Shown: in pieces, positions 29,401 to 39,476 of the stretch | How positions within the stretch are numbered: position 1 is the stretch's first letter | Layout: each line of letters starts with the position of its first letter | Source of the DNA: an uncultured Eubacteriales bacterium | Lineage (GTDB): Bacteria; Bacillota; Clostridia; Oscillospirales; CAG-272 | Reading direction: 5' to 3' | Assembly (NCBI GenBank): GCA_948467545.1 | Contig: CAOKER010000003.1 | Span: forward strand, 103,500 to 167,499 | Length of the DNA stretch: 64,000 bases | Made by a program: the position numbers and the translations under genes | Notes under the pieces: model-generated | Told to the model about the DNA's origin: nothing | What the model saw: the letters and a program-made list of their open reading frames with translations, nothing else | The model's database searches: none

Positions 29401-30763
29401 GAAGGCAGAAATCAGCATTGAAAAATCCCTTGAAGTAAACGAGCTTTTTGGAATCGGCAATAACGGCGAAATCCAAAATATCAGCTTTGGTCTGTTTGCC
29501 GCAGAGGAGCTTGTGAGCGTAAACGGCACTTCCATTCCGGCAGACGGACTAATTGAAATCCTGACGATTGATGAAAACGGAAGGGCTGTCGTTCAGACTG
29601 ATCTGCCTATCGGAAGCTACTATGTAAAGGAGCTTGCAGCCGATGAGCATTATATCCTGAACGATACCAAATATCCCGTTGTCTTTGAGTACGCCGGACA
29701 GGATACCGCAAAGGTTACGCTTGCCGTGAACGATGGAAACGCTGTTGAAAACAAGCTGCTTTACGGTTCTGTTTCAGGTAAAAAGCTGGACGAGAACGGC
29801 GAGGCGCTTAGCGGTGCGCTGATCGGAATCTTTAAGAGCAATGAGGGCGAATTTACAAAGGAAAATGCTTTGATGACTGCCGTATCTGATGAGAACGGCG
29901 GTTTTTCTTTTGAGAATGTTCCTTACGGCACTTGGTATGTCCGTGAAATCGAGCAGCCCATAGGCTTTGTCCTTGATGAAACGGTCTATCCCGTAACGAT
30001 TGCCGAGGATAAACAGGTTGTGGAGATTGAGATTGTCAACGAGTATGTGCGTGGCAATATCGCCCTGACGAAAGTAGACGCTGAATATCCCGACAACAAA
30101 CTGACAGGAGCAGTTTTTGAGATTTACAAAGATTCCAACGACAACGGAAAACTCGATGAGGAGGACGAACTGCTTGGAACACTCACCGAAAAGGAAATCG
30201 GAGAGTATGAAATGAGAGATTTGTTTTACGGTCGTTACTTTGTAAAGGAAACCAAAGCGCCGGAGGGCTTTCTTCTCGATACAGGCGTTTACGAGGTATT
30301 TATTGACAAGGACGATACGACCTATCAGGTGGAGAATAAAGCAGGCGTCGGCTTTATCAACGAAGCTATGCGTGGAACACTGAAAATCGTCAAGACTTCC
30401 TCAGACGGAAATGTAAAAGGCTTTGCGTTCCGCATTACCGGAGCAAACGGCTATGATGTAACGCTGGAAACCGATGAGAACGGCGAAATCGTTATTGAGG
30501 GACTGCGTATCGGAGAATATACCGTTTCCGAAGTAAACAATGCCGCTTCATCTATGTATATCCTTCCTGCCGATAAGCAGGCAACGGTAATGACAGATTC
30601 GATTACTGTTGTGGAAATGCACAATACGCTCCGTGATACGCCGAAAACAGGAGACTCAGGCAATGTCGGACTTTGGACGGCGCTTGCAGGCGTGTCGGTA
30701 CTCGGCATTGCTGCCTGCGGTATTCTCGGCTTCAGAAAAAAGAAAAAGGGGGAAACTAAGTAA
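26498..30763 (+). CDS. Cell-wall-anchored adhesin: N-terminal thioester domain, about ten CnaB/SpaA-type Ig-like repeats, xPxTG sorting signal
   Basis: Signal peptide. Thioester Cys motif ICYCIEPGT and Gln motif ATQLVIWE. Reiterated G.Y.V.E...P.GY repeat modules. C-terminal TPKTGD + hydrophobic stretch + RKKKK. Confidence 0.85.
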   Translation: MNKSIFKRGTSALLAVLMCLSAFLGIGTTTAFAAGEEAEAVLVSFPRDGDGNYSSSWGHPALNYMNGWSTGASKYNTVYAIGSYNGNICYCIEPGTPLQTGDSFVSKDESYWDNYPDDYNHTISAYEIKMFIGRIFQYGYTGKISTDWRSQNAEDADKLSEAIATQLVIWETIVGERDGDFNKVGTGSYDAVLDSISKNHPLYSQIMSHYNRIVSSVQKHSKLPSFCMKTKGKAQDIELEWNGTNYTAKLTDTNGVLSDYTFSSNQSGITFSKSGNTLTITADKAPSSSVTVTASKTAQRKGVIVWDDGVYKPGAGKQNLTTYAQTVNDPVQGFVNIKVSYGSAKIVKTSEDGKVDNITFTISGNGINQTVKTNSKGEMQIDNLLPGVYTVTEQEYDRYEPQETRRVTVVSGQVATVTFNNKLKRGDVQVIKSSEDNLNEGVTFHLYGTSLSGIAVDEYAVTDKNGVATFEDVLISGKTPYTLEEVDTAVRYVIPEKQTAPVLWNEVTSRSFTNILKKFTVTVTKSDAETGTAQGDASLAGAKYGIYKGGQLVDEYYTDENGQFTTKEYICGEDWTVQEIEPSEGYLLDPTTYKVGAEPLAYTVEHNQTANDVVETVIKGNIALIKHTDDGETQIETPEEGAEFEIYLKSAGSYANAKDSERDRLICDENGFAQSKDMPYGVYTVHQVSGWEGRELMKDFDVFIAQNAQTYRYLINNANFESYIQVVKVDAETGKTIPYAGAGFQIYDPDGNLVTMTFTYPTPTTIDTFYTDADGSLVTPEKLPYGKGYSLVEVQAPYGYVLDSTPLPFDVAEEHSTEESGVTVIKVNKENMAQKGTITIEKSGEVFFGVSVTGGTEEGGNELPMIYKPLYEVQGLPGAVYEVRAAEDIVTPDGTTRYSKGELVDTVTTDENGYGKSKELYLGKYEVKEVKAPYGMVLNEEVHTVELVYAGQNVSVTETATSFVNERQKAEISIEKSLEVNELFGIGNNGEIQNISFGLFAAEELVSVNGTSIPADGLIEILTIDENGRAVVQTDLPIGSYYVKELAADEHYILNDTKYPVVFEYAGQDTAKVTLAVNDGNAVENKLLYGSVSGKKLDENGEALSGALIGIFKSNEGEFTKENALMTAVSDENGGFSFENVPYGTWYVREIEQPIGFVLDETVYPVTIAEDKQVVEIEIVNEYVRGNIALTKVDAEYPDNKLTGAVFEIYKDSNDNGKLDEEDELLGTLTEKEIGEYEMRDLFYGRYFVKETKAPEGFLLDTGVYEVFIDKDDTTYQVENKAGVGFINEAMRGTLKIVKTSSDGNVKGFAFRITGANGYDVTLETDENGEIVIEGLRIGEYTVSEVNNAASSMYILPADKQATVMTDSITVVEMHNTLRDTPKTGDSGNVGLWTALAGVSVLGIAACGILGFRKKKKGETK

Positions 30764-30855
30764 TGGAGCTTAAAACCAGTATTGCTATCGCATTGGTCGC
30801 TTTTATTATCGGCGGCTTTATTTTTTTACAGATACGAAACAGAAAGAAGAAATAA
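30763..30855 (+). CDS. Possible 30-aa single-pass membrane peptide
   Basis: ATG overlaps the adhesin stop (TAATG); MELKTSIAIALVAFIIGGFIFLQIRNRKKK. Too short for the ORF track. Confidence 0.35.
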   Translation: MELKTSIAIALVAFIIGGFIFLQIRNRKKK

Positions 30856-30908
30856 CGGCTGGAGGGCGGATGAAATATTCCGCCCTCTTTCCTTTTTGGG
30901 AGGATAAA

Positions 30909-31223
30909 ATGAAAACGCTGAAAACGATTGAAAAGCGTGTAACGGAAATCCTTACAGAATATCCCGAAGCACGAAACGACGATATGCGGCTTTATCTTCT
31001 TGTCAGCCAGTCCTGCATTTATGAAACGCACGGGATTGGAACAGTAACTTTTGAAGATGTTATGACAAATTACAAGGGCTATGGTATCCCCTGCTTTGAG
31101 AGTATCCGCAGGACAAGACAGAAAATTCAGGCGAAGCGCCCGGAGCTTGGCTGTTCGCCCGAAGTCCGCAGGGCAAGGCATAAGATGGAGCGCATATACG
31201 CTGATTATGAAAAAAACGATTAG
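30909..31223 (+). CDS. Conserved-looking ICE hypothetical protein
   Basis: GGGAGG upstream of ATG 30909; coherent globular composition; no family recognised. Confidence 0.6.
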   Translation: MKTLKTIEKRVTEILTEYPEARNDDMRLYLLVSQSCIYETHGIGTVTFEDVMTNYKGYGIPCFESIRRTRQKIQAKRPELGCSPEVRRARHKMERIYADYEKND

Positions 31224-31235
31224 GAGGATTAAGAT

Positions 31236-31493
31236 ATGGCGAGTAAAAAAACGACAGCCGCCCTTACCTTGCAGCAAAAAGTCAAAGTGCTTCAAAAGCT
31301 CTTTGCGTCCGGCTGCACAACCGAAAAGGATTTGAAGGCGCTGAGTTTGCAGAGCATTTTGAAAATACCTGACATAACCGTTCCCGATATGACGGTTATC
31401 ACCGAGCTTCAGGAACAGGTGGCGAAAAACAAACTGTTCTCCTATTTGGGAGGTGGCGCAGATGAACAGCACACAGAGCAGACCGAAGGATAA
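31236..31493 (+). CDS. ICE hypothetical protein
   Basis: AGGAGG-like RBS (TAGGAGGATTAAGAT) before ATG 31236; no family recognised. Confidence 0.55.
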   Translation: MASKKTTAALTLQQKVKVLQKLFASGCTTEKDLKALSLQSILKIPDITVPDMTVITELQEQVAKNKLFSYLGGGADEQHTEQTEG

Positions 31494-32028
31494 GCATATC
31501 ATCTGGAGCGACATAAATCTTGATTTGGAGGATTGGCGGTCAGATTTGCAGGCGGAGTATCCGAAGTTTACCGAAGAAGAACTGTACGGAAAAATGTGCG
31601 AAATCAACGCCGATTACCTTGATGACGAGAGAGCAAATCTGAATATCCGGCTTTCGCAGCCTATTTTGGTCGTTGCGGATATTGGACGGTGGAACGGTCG
31701 TTTTTCAGGCTATGCGGAAATCAAGTCCGGCAAGATATGCGATTGTCTGTACTCAAAAATGGACAGGTGCGAGTGGTATGTGGATAAGTACGGAGATCTT
31801 CGAGCCGACGCTATCCATCACGACGGGACAAACCACTACCTTTACCGGGTATATAAGGATACCGCTACCGAAACTCAAATTGACAATCTGAAAGAGAAAA
31901 TATATCTCGGCAGAGCGACAAGGACAGATATTACAAGACTTACGAAAAGGCTTGGAGATGAGATTGCCGCAGTTTATGGCTTTCCTATTCCGAAGCCGAA
32001 AAACAAGAATAAAGAATATGAACGATAG
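31462..32028 (+). CDS. ICE hypothetical protein
   Basis: GGGAGG 9 nt upstream of ATG 31462; overlaps the previous gene's end; no family recognised. Confidence 0.6.
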   Translation: MNSTQSRPKDKHIIWSDINLDLEDWRSDLQAEYPKFTEEELYGKMCEINADYLDDERANLNIRLSQPILVVADIGRWNGRFSGYAEIKSGKICDCLYSKMDRCEWYVDKYGDLRADAIHHDGTNHYLYRVYKDTATETQIDNLKEKIYLGRATRTDITRLTKRLGDEIAAVYGFPIPKPKNKNKEYER

Positions 32029-32040
32029 GAGGTGTCTGTC

Positions 32041-35000
32041 TTGGCACGAAAATATGACTTGATTTCCGAACTGTACCGCCGAACCTGTCAGACAGTCGTG
32101 GGAAACCCGCAGAATTGGGAAGCCTTCCTGCGCTGTGCCTGTCATAATTACAGGCTTCGCTTTGACGAGCAGCTTCTGCTTTACGCACAGCGACCGGACG
32201 CAACGGCAGTTTTGGAAATTGAACGCTGGAATACTATCTTTGGGCGTTGGGTAAATCGTGGCGCAAGAGGGATAGCAGTATTCGAGGACGCAGACAGAAG
32301 CGTACAGCGACTGACGCACTATTTTGATATTTCCGATACTCACGAGAGCCGCTATTCCCGTCCTGTTCCGATATGGCAGATGAAGCCTGAATATACCGAA
32401 GCTGTCATTGATACCCTTGAAAACACCTTCGGAACGCTGAACGATAAAACCAGCCTTGCAGACGCAGTTATGAGCGCAGCGCAGAACGCCGTAGAGGATA
32501 ACATTCCGGATTATGTAAGCGACCTTATTTATTGTGCCGGAGACAGCTTTCTTTACGGACTCGACGAGGATATGATTGCCGCTATGTATAAGTCCTTAGT
32601 AACAAACAGCGTGGCGTATATGATGAGCGCAAGGCTTGGTATGGATACGGACTTATACTTTGAGGCGGCTGATTTTTCCAATGCCACGAATTTTAATACG
32701 CAGGAAACCCTCAACGCACTCGGCTTTGCTACCAGCGATATTGCTGAAATGGGACTTTCTGAGATTTCCCGTACCATTCTTGCGCTGGACAGGCAAAATC
32801 GCATAATTGCCGAAAAGGGAAAGACCGATTACAATAAGAGCGAAGCTGAAACGGAAAGGAGCGCTGAGAATGAACGAAATCAAATACACAATGCAGGGCG
32901 ATTACAGCCTGCCGAATCTGGAAATGCCCAAACAGCCGGAGGTAACGATGGGCAGATACGCTCAGATGAGACGGAAGTTCCTGAAAGAACATCACCGAAT
33001 CCGGTACTACAATCTGCTGACAAGCTGCACTCTGACGAGCCACTTGGCGGAAATCGAGCAGACGGCATTGACGATGGAAGAAACTCTGATGAAGCAGATG
33101 GCGCAGAAGGAGGGCTTGACCGAGAGCCTGAAAGCGACCGATATGATGAAGTGGGTGCAGGGAATGAACAATCTGAGGAACAGAGTGCAGGAGATCGTGA
33201 AGGCGGAGGTAATCTTCGTTTAGGCTACTATGACAGAAGTCACGAGGACAAAAGCCTTCCGTCTTTCGGCAAGGACGAGGATATTAACGAAATGCTTTCC
33301 ATCACGCCGCACCTGAAAGCGACGAAGGAAGAAATCCGAGCCTTTTATGAAAATACTTCTGACAATGCTGCCCGAACAGAATATATCAAGAGCATTTTCA
33401 ATGATGACTACACCGAGCTTATTTTAAGCGACGGAAGGCGTGTCGGCTACAAGACCTATGAGAATGTGCTTCATTTGTGGGAGGGCAGCTATTTAAGCCG
33501 CACGGCGCAGAGCTATTATGATTGGGGCGTGATTGCACGGCATTTTGAAGCGCTGCGGCTGCTTGGGCAGTTGCGGGACACAATGAAACCTTTACCGTCG
33601 GTTGACGGACAAATGACATTTTTGGATATGCAGGCAGAGGAAAAAACCTCTGCCTTTACTTTTTCTCAGGAAATTATCGACGCTGTTCTCACTCGTGGAA
33701 GCGGCGTATCAGAGGGAAAGTTCCGTATCTATGAGCAGTTTGAAAAGAGCCTTTCCGCAAAGGAAAATATTGATTTTCTGAAAAATGAATACGGTTGGGG
33801 CGGCGTTTATCCTGTTATTACCGGAACGGGCATTAACGAGCAGCACGACGGAAAAGGGATTCTCTTATCAAGAGGGATTGGCGATGATAAGCCGCACATC
33901 CTGTTGAAATGGAATCAGGTGGAAAAGCGGCTTGCCGAGCTTATCCGTCTTGACCGTTATCTGAATCCGAAGGAAAAGGAACTCTATCCCGAATGGCAGC
34001 GAAAGCAGGAGGAACGCCGGGCAGAGCTTGCGGAGGAGCAGAAAAACAAAGAAATTCTGTCCTCTGCACCGCCCGAAAGGAAGCAGGAAGAACGCACAGA
34101 GCAAAACGCTGAGTATGAATATCATCTTGGCGATACTGTCTATATGGGCGCTGATGAATATGAAATCTTTTCCTTTGATGATGAACGGGTAAAGCTTCGT
34201 GATATGCAGTATCCGCTATTCACAAAAGAAATGGAGAGAGCCGAATTTGACCGCAAGGTGCGGGAAAACCCGATGAACGACCACCTGAAGGTTAAGGAAT
34301 TACCGTCCGAAAGAGGAATTGCTTTCGATCCGAACACTACGCCTATCGGTGATGATGACTACTATTTCCACCGTCCGGGTATGGGAGGCTTTGAAGCAAT
34401 CTATTATAACCCTGATTCCAATGCCGGAGGACAGTTTGTTGTTCTTCATTTGCCGTATGAACTGATAGCAGAAGCGCAAGCGAACAGCAACACCATAGAC
34501 GGATTTTATGAGTATCTCGACAGCGCAGCATATACGGAACTCATTGATGTTGGAACACAGGAATTTTCCGACTATCTTGAAGCCTATGCCGAACCGAATC
34601 CCGATTATATCGGACGGACGAGAGAAACAATGCAGGCTCTTGTAGAGCAGGCGGAAAAAGCGCTTAACAATGGCAATAAAGATATACCGTATTCGGAAAC
34701 GAAGCTTGATGAAGCAAAGCGGATTATAGATGAGTATTGCCGTGAAGAATTCGAGCGTGAGGAAGGAGCAGACTATACAGACCTTTCCAATGTAGAGGTA
34801 GCATATACCACGACAGAGGACGAAAAGCACGAAATTCAGGCGAGAGTCAACCTTGTGGACTTCCGAATCGAAGCCCTCGTTGACGGTAAGGCAATCAGGA
34901 GCGAACAGTTTTCCACTCTTGAAGATATGGTGGAAAGAGGCTTGCAGAGCCTTTCCTTTGACGAGCTTGTTTATCTCTCGGACGAAGAACTCGCAAAAGT

Positions 35001-38000
35001 GGAGAATATTTCTGCCGAGCAGCCTGCGCCTGAACCTGAAAAACCTTTAACGCCTGCTTTCACACAGGAGAAACGCTCACGGGTACAGACCTTTGATTTG
35101 CACCCTGAAATACCGATGTCTGAACGGCATACCTTTGACCTTGCTTCCCACGAAGTACCCGAAGCAGGCAAAAAAGAACGCTTCCGCAGAAACATTATGG
35201 CAATACAGCTTTTGAAAAAATGTCAGGAGGAAAATCGCTTTGCCACACCCGAAGAACAGGAAATCCTATCGCAGTATGTGGGTTGGGGCGGTATTCCCGA
35301 AGCCTTTGACGAGAACAATTCGTCGTGGGCAACGGAATATCTTGAGCTTAAATCAGTCCTGACGCCGGATGAATATATATCCGCAAGGGAAAGCACCCTG
35401 ACCGCCTTTTACACGCCGCCGACTGTCATATCTGCTATTTATAAGGCAATGGGACAGATGGGATTTCGTGAGGGCAATATCTTGGAGCCTTCCTGCGGTA
35501 TCGGAAACTTTATCGGTATGCTGCCCGAAACAATGCAAAACGCTAAGATGTATGGCGTGGAGATTGATACTGTTTCGGCGGGTATTGCACAGTAGCTTTA
35601 TCAGAAAACCTCGATTGCGGCACAGCCCTTTGAGGAAGCAAGTATTCCCGACAGCTTCTTTGACGCAGTAATCGGAAATGTACCGTTTGGGGATATTCGT
35701 ATCAATGACAGGAAGTACAACAAGCATAATTTTCTGATTCACGACTACTTTTTCGCAAAGTCCCTTGATAAGCTAAGACCGGGCGGCGTGATGGCGCTCA
35801 TTACGAGCAAAGGCACGATGGACAAGGAAAATCCCGCAGTCCGAAAGTATATCGCTCAGAGAGCCGATTTACTCGGAGCAATTCGCTTGCCTAATAACAC
35901 CTTTAAGGGCAACGCCGGAACGGAGGTCGTATCGGATATTCTTATCCTGCAAAAGCGGGACAGGCTCATAGATATTGAGCCTAAGTGGGTACATCTGAAT
36001 GTCGATGAAAACGGCGTTAAGATGAACGCCTACTTTGCAGATCACCCTGAAATGGTGCTTGGCGAATGGAAAACCGTATCCGGCAGATTTGGCGAGGAAA
36101 ATACGGTCGTACCCTATGAGAACGCTGACCTTGCCGCACAGCTTGAGGAAGCGATTTCAAACATTCACGCCGAGATAACGGTGTATGAAACCGAGGAAGA
36201 GCTGGAGGAGGAAGATAACTCTATCCCCGCCGATCCCGATGTACGGAACTTCTCCTATACGGTAGTGGACGATAAGATTTACTATCGTGAAAACTCACGA
36301 ATGACGCCTGTGGACTGTTCCGCAACGGCTGAAAACCGTATAAAAGGTATGATTGCCATTCGTGACTGCGTAAGAAATCTGATTGAAATTCAGACTTTGG
36401 ATTATCCTGATTGGGAGATTGAAAAGGAGCAGCAGAAGCTAAACATCTTGTATGATACTTTTTCAAAAAAGTACGGACTTATAAACAGCCGGGCGAATGT
36501 ATCCGCTTTTTCGCAGGACAGTTCTTTTTCCCTGCTTTCCGCTTTGGAAGTGTTGGGCGATGACGGAGAGCTTGAACGCAAGGCGGATATGTTTTTCAAG
36601 AGGACGATCAAGCCGCATATGCCTGTTACTTCGGTGGACACCGCCAGCGAAGCGTTAGCCGTATCTATGGGTGAAAAGGCTCGTGTGGATATGGACTATA
36701 TGCGTGAGCTTACGGGCAAGTCCGAAGAAGAGATTTATCAGGACTTGAAGGGCGTTATCTTCCTGAATCCGATGTACGGTTATGGCAACAGCACCGAAGC
36801 AAAATATCTGATGGCGGACGAATATCTCTCCGGCAATGTGCGGCAAAAGCTCTCTTGGGCGAAAAAGTCCGCAGAAGTCTATCCCGAAGATTACAAGGTC
36901 AATGTGGAGGCGCTTGAAAAGGTACAGCCGAAAGACCTGAATGCGAGCGAAATTTTCGTGCAGCTTGGCACGACTTGGCTGCCCGAAGAAATCATACAGC
37001 AGTTTATGTTTGAGTTTCTTGATACGCCGGGATGGGCAAGGTGGAATATCAAAGTCCATTATTCAAAATATACGAGCGAGTGGAATGTGGAGGGAAAAAC
37101 CTACGACCGTTCCAATGTTAAGGCGCACAACACCTATGGTACGCAGCGTATCAACGCCTACAAAATCATAGAAGAAACGCTGAATATGAAAGATGTCCGA
37201 ATCTACGATTATATCGAAGATGACGAGGGCAAAAAGAAAGCGGTACTCAACAAAAAGGAAACAGCTATCGCACAGGCGAAGCAGGAGCTTATCAAGCAGG
37301 GCTTTAAGGACTGGATTTGGAAAGAGCCTGAACGCCGGGAGAAGCTGGTGCGGATATACAATGAGAAGTTCAATTCCATTCGTCCCCGTGAGTATGACGG
37401 AAGCCATATTGTATTTAACGGAATGAATCCGGAAATTGAACTGAGAGAACACCAGAGAAATGCGGTTGCACATATCCTGTACGGCGGCAATACGCTTTTG
37501 GCGCACGCAGTCGGTGCAGGCAAAACCTATGAAATGACCGCCGCCGCAATGGAGTCAAAACGGCTCGGACTGTGCAGCAAATCGCTGTTCGTCGTGCCGA
37601 ATCATCTGACAGAGCAATGGGCGGCGGAGTTTTTACAACTTTACCCTGCGGCAAATATTTTGGTCGCTACAAAGAAGGATTTTGAGATGAAAAACCGCAG
37701 ACGGTTCTGCGGTCGGATTGCAACGGGCGATTATGACGCAATCATTATCGGGCATTCGCAGTTTGAAAAAATCCCGATGAGCTTTGAACGGCAGAGGGCA
37801 ACCTTACAGCAGCAGATTGATGAAATTACCGAAGGAATAGCCGACTTGAAGCGCAATCGTGGCGATAAATTTTCCGTCAAGCAGCTTGAAAAGACAAAGC
37901 GTTCTTTGAAGATTAAGCTGGAGAAGCTGAACGACCAAAGCAGAAAAGATAATCTCGTTACCTTTGAGGAGCTTGGCGTAGACAGGCTTTTCATTGATGA

Positions 38001-39099
38001 AAGTCATTACTACAAAAACCTTTATCTCTATACGAAGATGAGGAATGTAGGCGGCATTGCTCAGACGGAGGCGCAGAAATCTTCCGACCTCTTTATGAAA
38101 TGCCGATACCTTGATGAGCTTACAGGCGGTCGAGGAACGGTCTTTGCGACCGGAACGCCAATCTCAAACAGTATGGTAGAACTCTATACCATTCAGAGAT
38201 ATTTGCAGTACAACACGCTGCGGGAACACGATTTGCAGCACTTTGACGCTTGGGCTTCCAGCTACGGCGAAACTATAACCGCAGTTGAATTAACGCCCGA
38301 AAGTAGCGGATACCGAGCGAAAACACGCTTTGCAAGGTTTAACAATCTCCCTGAACTGATGGCGATGTTCAAGGAGGTTGCGGATATAAAAACGGCGGAT
38401 ATGCTGAACCTTCCCGTACCGGAGGTGGAGTATCACAACATCGCTGTAAAGCCATCGCAGATTCAAAAGGATATGGTCGCTTCTCTTGCTGAAAGAGCAG
38501 AGGCGATACGGGCAGGCGGCGTAAACGCAAGCATAGACAATATGCTGAAAATTACCAACGACGGGCGCAAGCTGGCGCTCGATCAGCGTATGATGAACGA
38601 AATGCTGCCGGACGATGAGGGCAGCAAGGTCAATGCCTGTATTCGTGAGGTCTATCGGATTTGGGAAGAAAACACCGATAAGCGGTCAACGCAGCTTTTG
38701 TTCTGCGACCTTTCCACGCCGAAGGGCGAAGGCACTTTTTCCGTTTACAACGACATTCGGAAGAAGCTTATCCAGCGTGGCGTTCCTGAGTCGGAGATAA
38801 AATTTATTCACGAGGCGGATACCGAAGCCAAGAAGCAGGAGCTTTTCAAAAAGGTACGGCGTGGCGAGGTGCGAATCCTCATCGGTTCTACGCAGAAAAT
38901 GGGAGCCGGCACGAATGTGCAGAATAAAATCATTGTTTCCCACGACATAGATTGCCCGTGGCGACCTTCTGATGTAGGACAGATTTTGCGGACATTCAAA
39001 ATAAAAAAATGTGGAGGTAACAGACAATGGCAAAATCATTATTTGAGGAAATGGGCGGCAGATACGAAAGGCAGGGAGATTATCTTATTCCGTGTCTGA
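32041..39099 (+). pseudogene. Giant polyvalent protein gene: ArdC-N-like domain, linker, LPD-type domains, N6-adenine DNA methyltransferase, SNF2/DEAD-type helicase. Interrupted by an in-frame TAG and 3'-truncated
   Basis: Single frame from TTG 32041 (RBS AGGAGG) to 39099, with one TAG at 35593-35595. MTase motif I LEPSCGIGNFIG and motif IV GNVPFG lie on opposite sides of the stop. Helicase motifs AVGAGKTY, DESHYYKN and TGTPISNS are present, but the sequence after DCPWRPSD (motif VI) is unrelated. Confidence 0.8.
32870..33223 (+). CDS. TnpV-family protein gene nested out of frame inside the polyvalent ORF
   Basis: AAAGGAG 8 nt upstream of ATG 32870. The 117-aa product aligns end to end with the second TnpV-like gene at 39027 (QGDY, LKE..R..Y.NLLTS, LAEI, MNN.R, EIV..E.I). 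Confidence 0.7.
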   Translation: MNEIKYTMQGDYSLPNLEMPKQPEVTMGRYAQMRRKFLKEHHRIRYYNLLTSCTLTSHLAEIEQTALTMEETLMKQMAQKEGLTESLKATDMMKWVQGMNNLRNRVQEIVKAEVIFV

Positions 39100-39408
39100 C
39101 CGTACCAGACGAGGAAGAACAGCCGACAGGCTTATTCGGACAGCGGCACTTGCGCTATCTAAAGGAGTACCGCAGAGGTACATATATCAATCTTCTCACA
39201 AGCGGCAGGCTGAATACATACCTTGCCGAGATTGATAAACAGGCGCAGGAACTCTTTAACAGGCTCATAGAGGACATGAAACGGGCGCAGGGTATCACGG
39301 AGCAGCTAAAGACGGAAAACGGAAAACGCCTTAGAATGGACAGGGCGGATGAATAACATACGAGCGTGTGCGAGGGAGATTGTGGAGAAGGAAATTATAT
39401 ACGCATAG
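39027..39408 (+). pseudogene. TnpV-family gene frameshifted by a 7-bp tandem duplication
   Basis: GGAAAAC GGAAAAC at 39314-39327. Removing one copy restores ...LKTENALEWTGRMNNIRACAREIVEKEIIYA ending at TAG 39406-39408. Confidence 0.8.
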
Positions 39409-39476
39409 GCGCAACGCCTAAAACATCAAAATCGGAGGGCAAGGTCAAAATACCTTACCCTCTTTATAAATTAGAA

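Noticed and set aside
27300-30500. Adhesin repeat region, considered as a DNA-level tandem repeat or a variable (DGR-like) locus
   Set aside because: The repeats are diverged protein-domain repeats without long identical DNA units. No reverse transcriptase or template repeat is present in the window.
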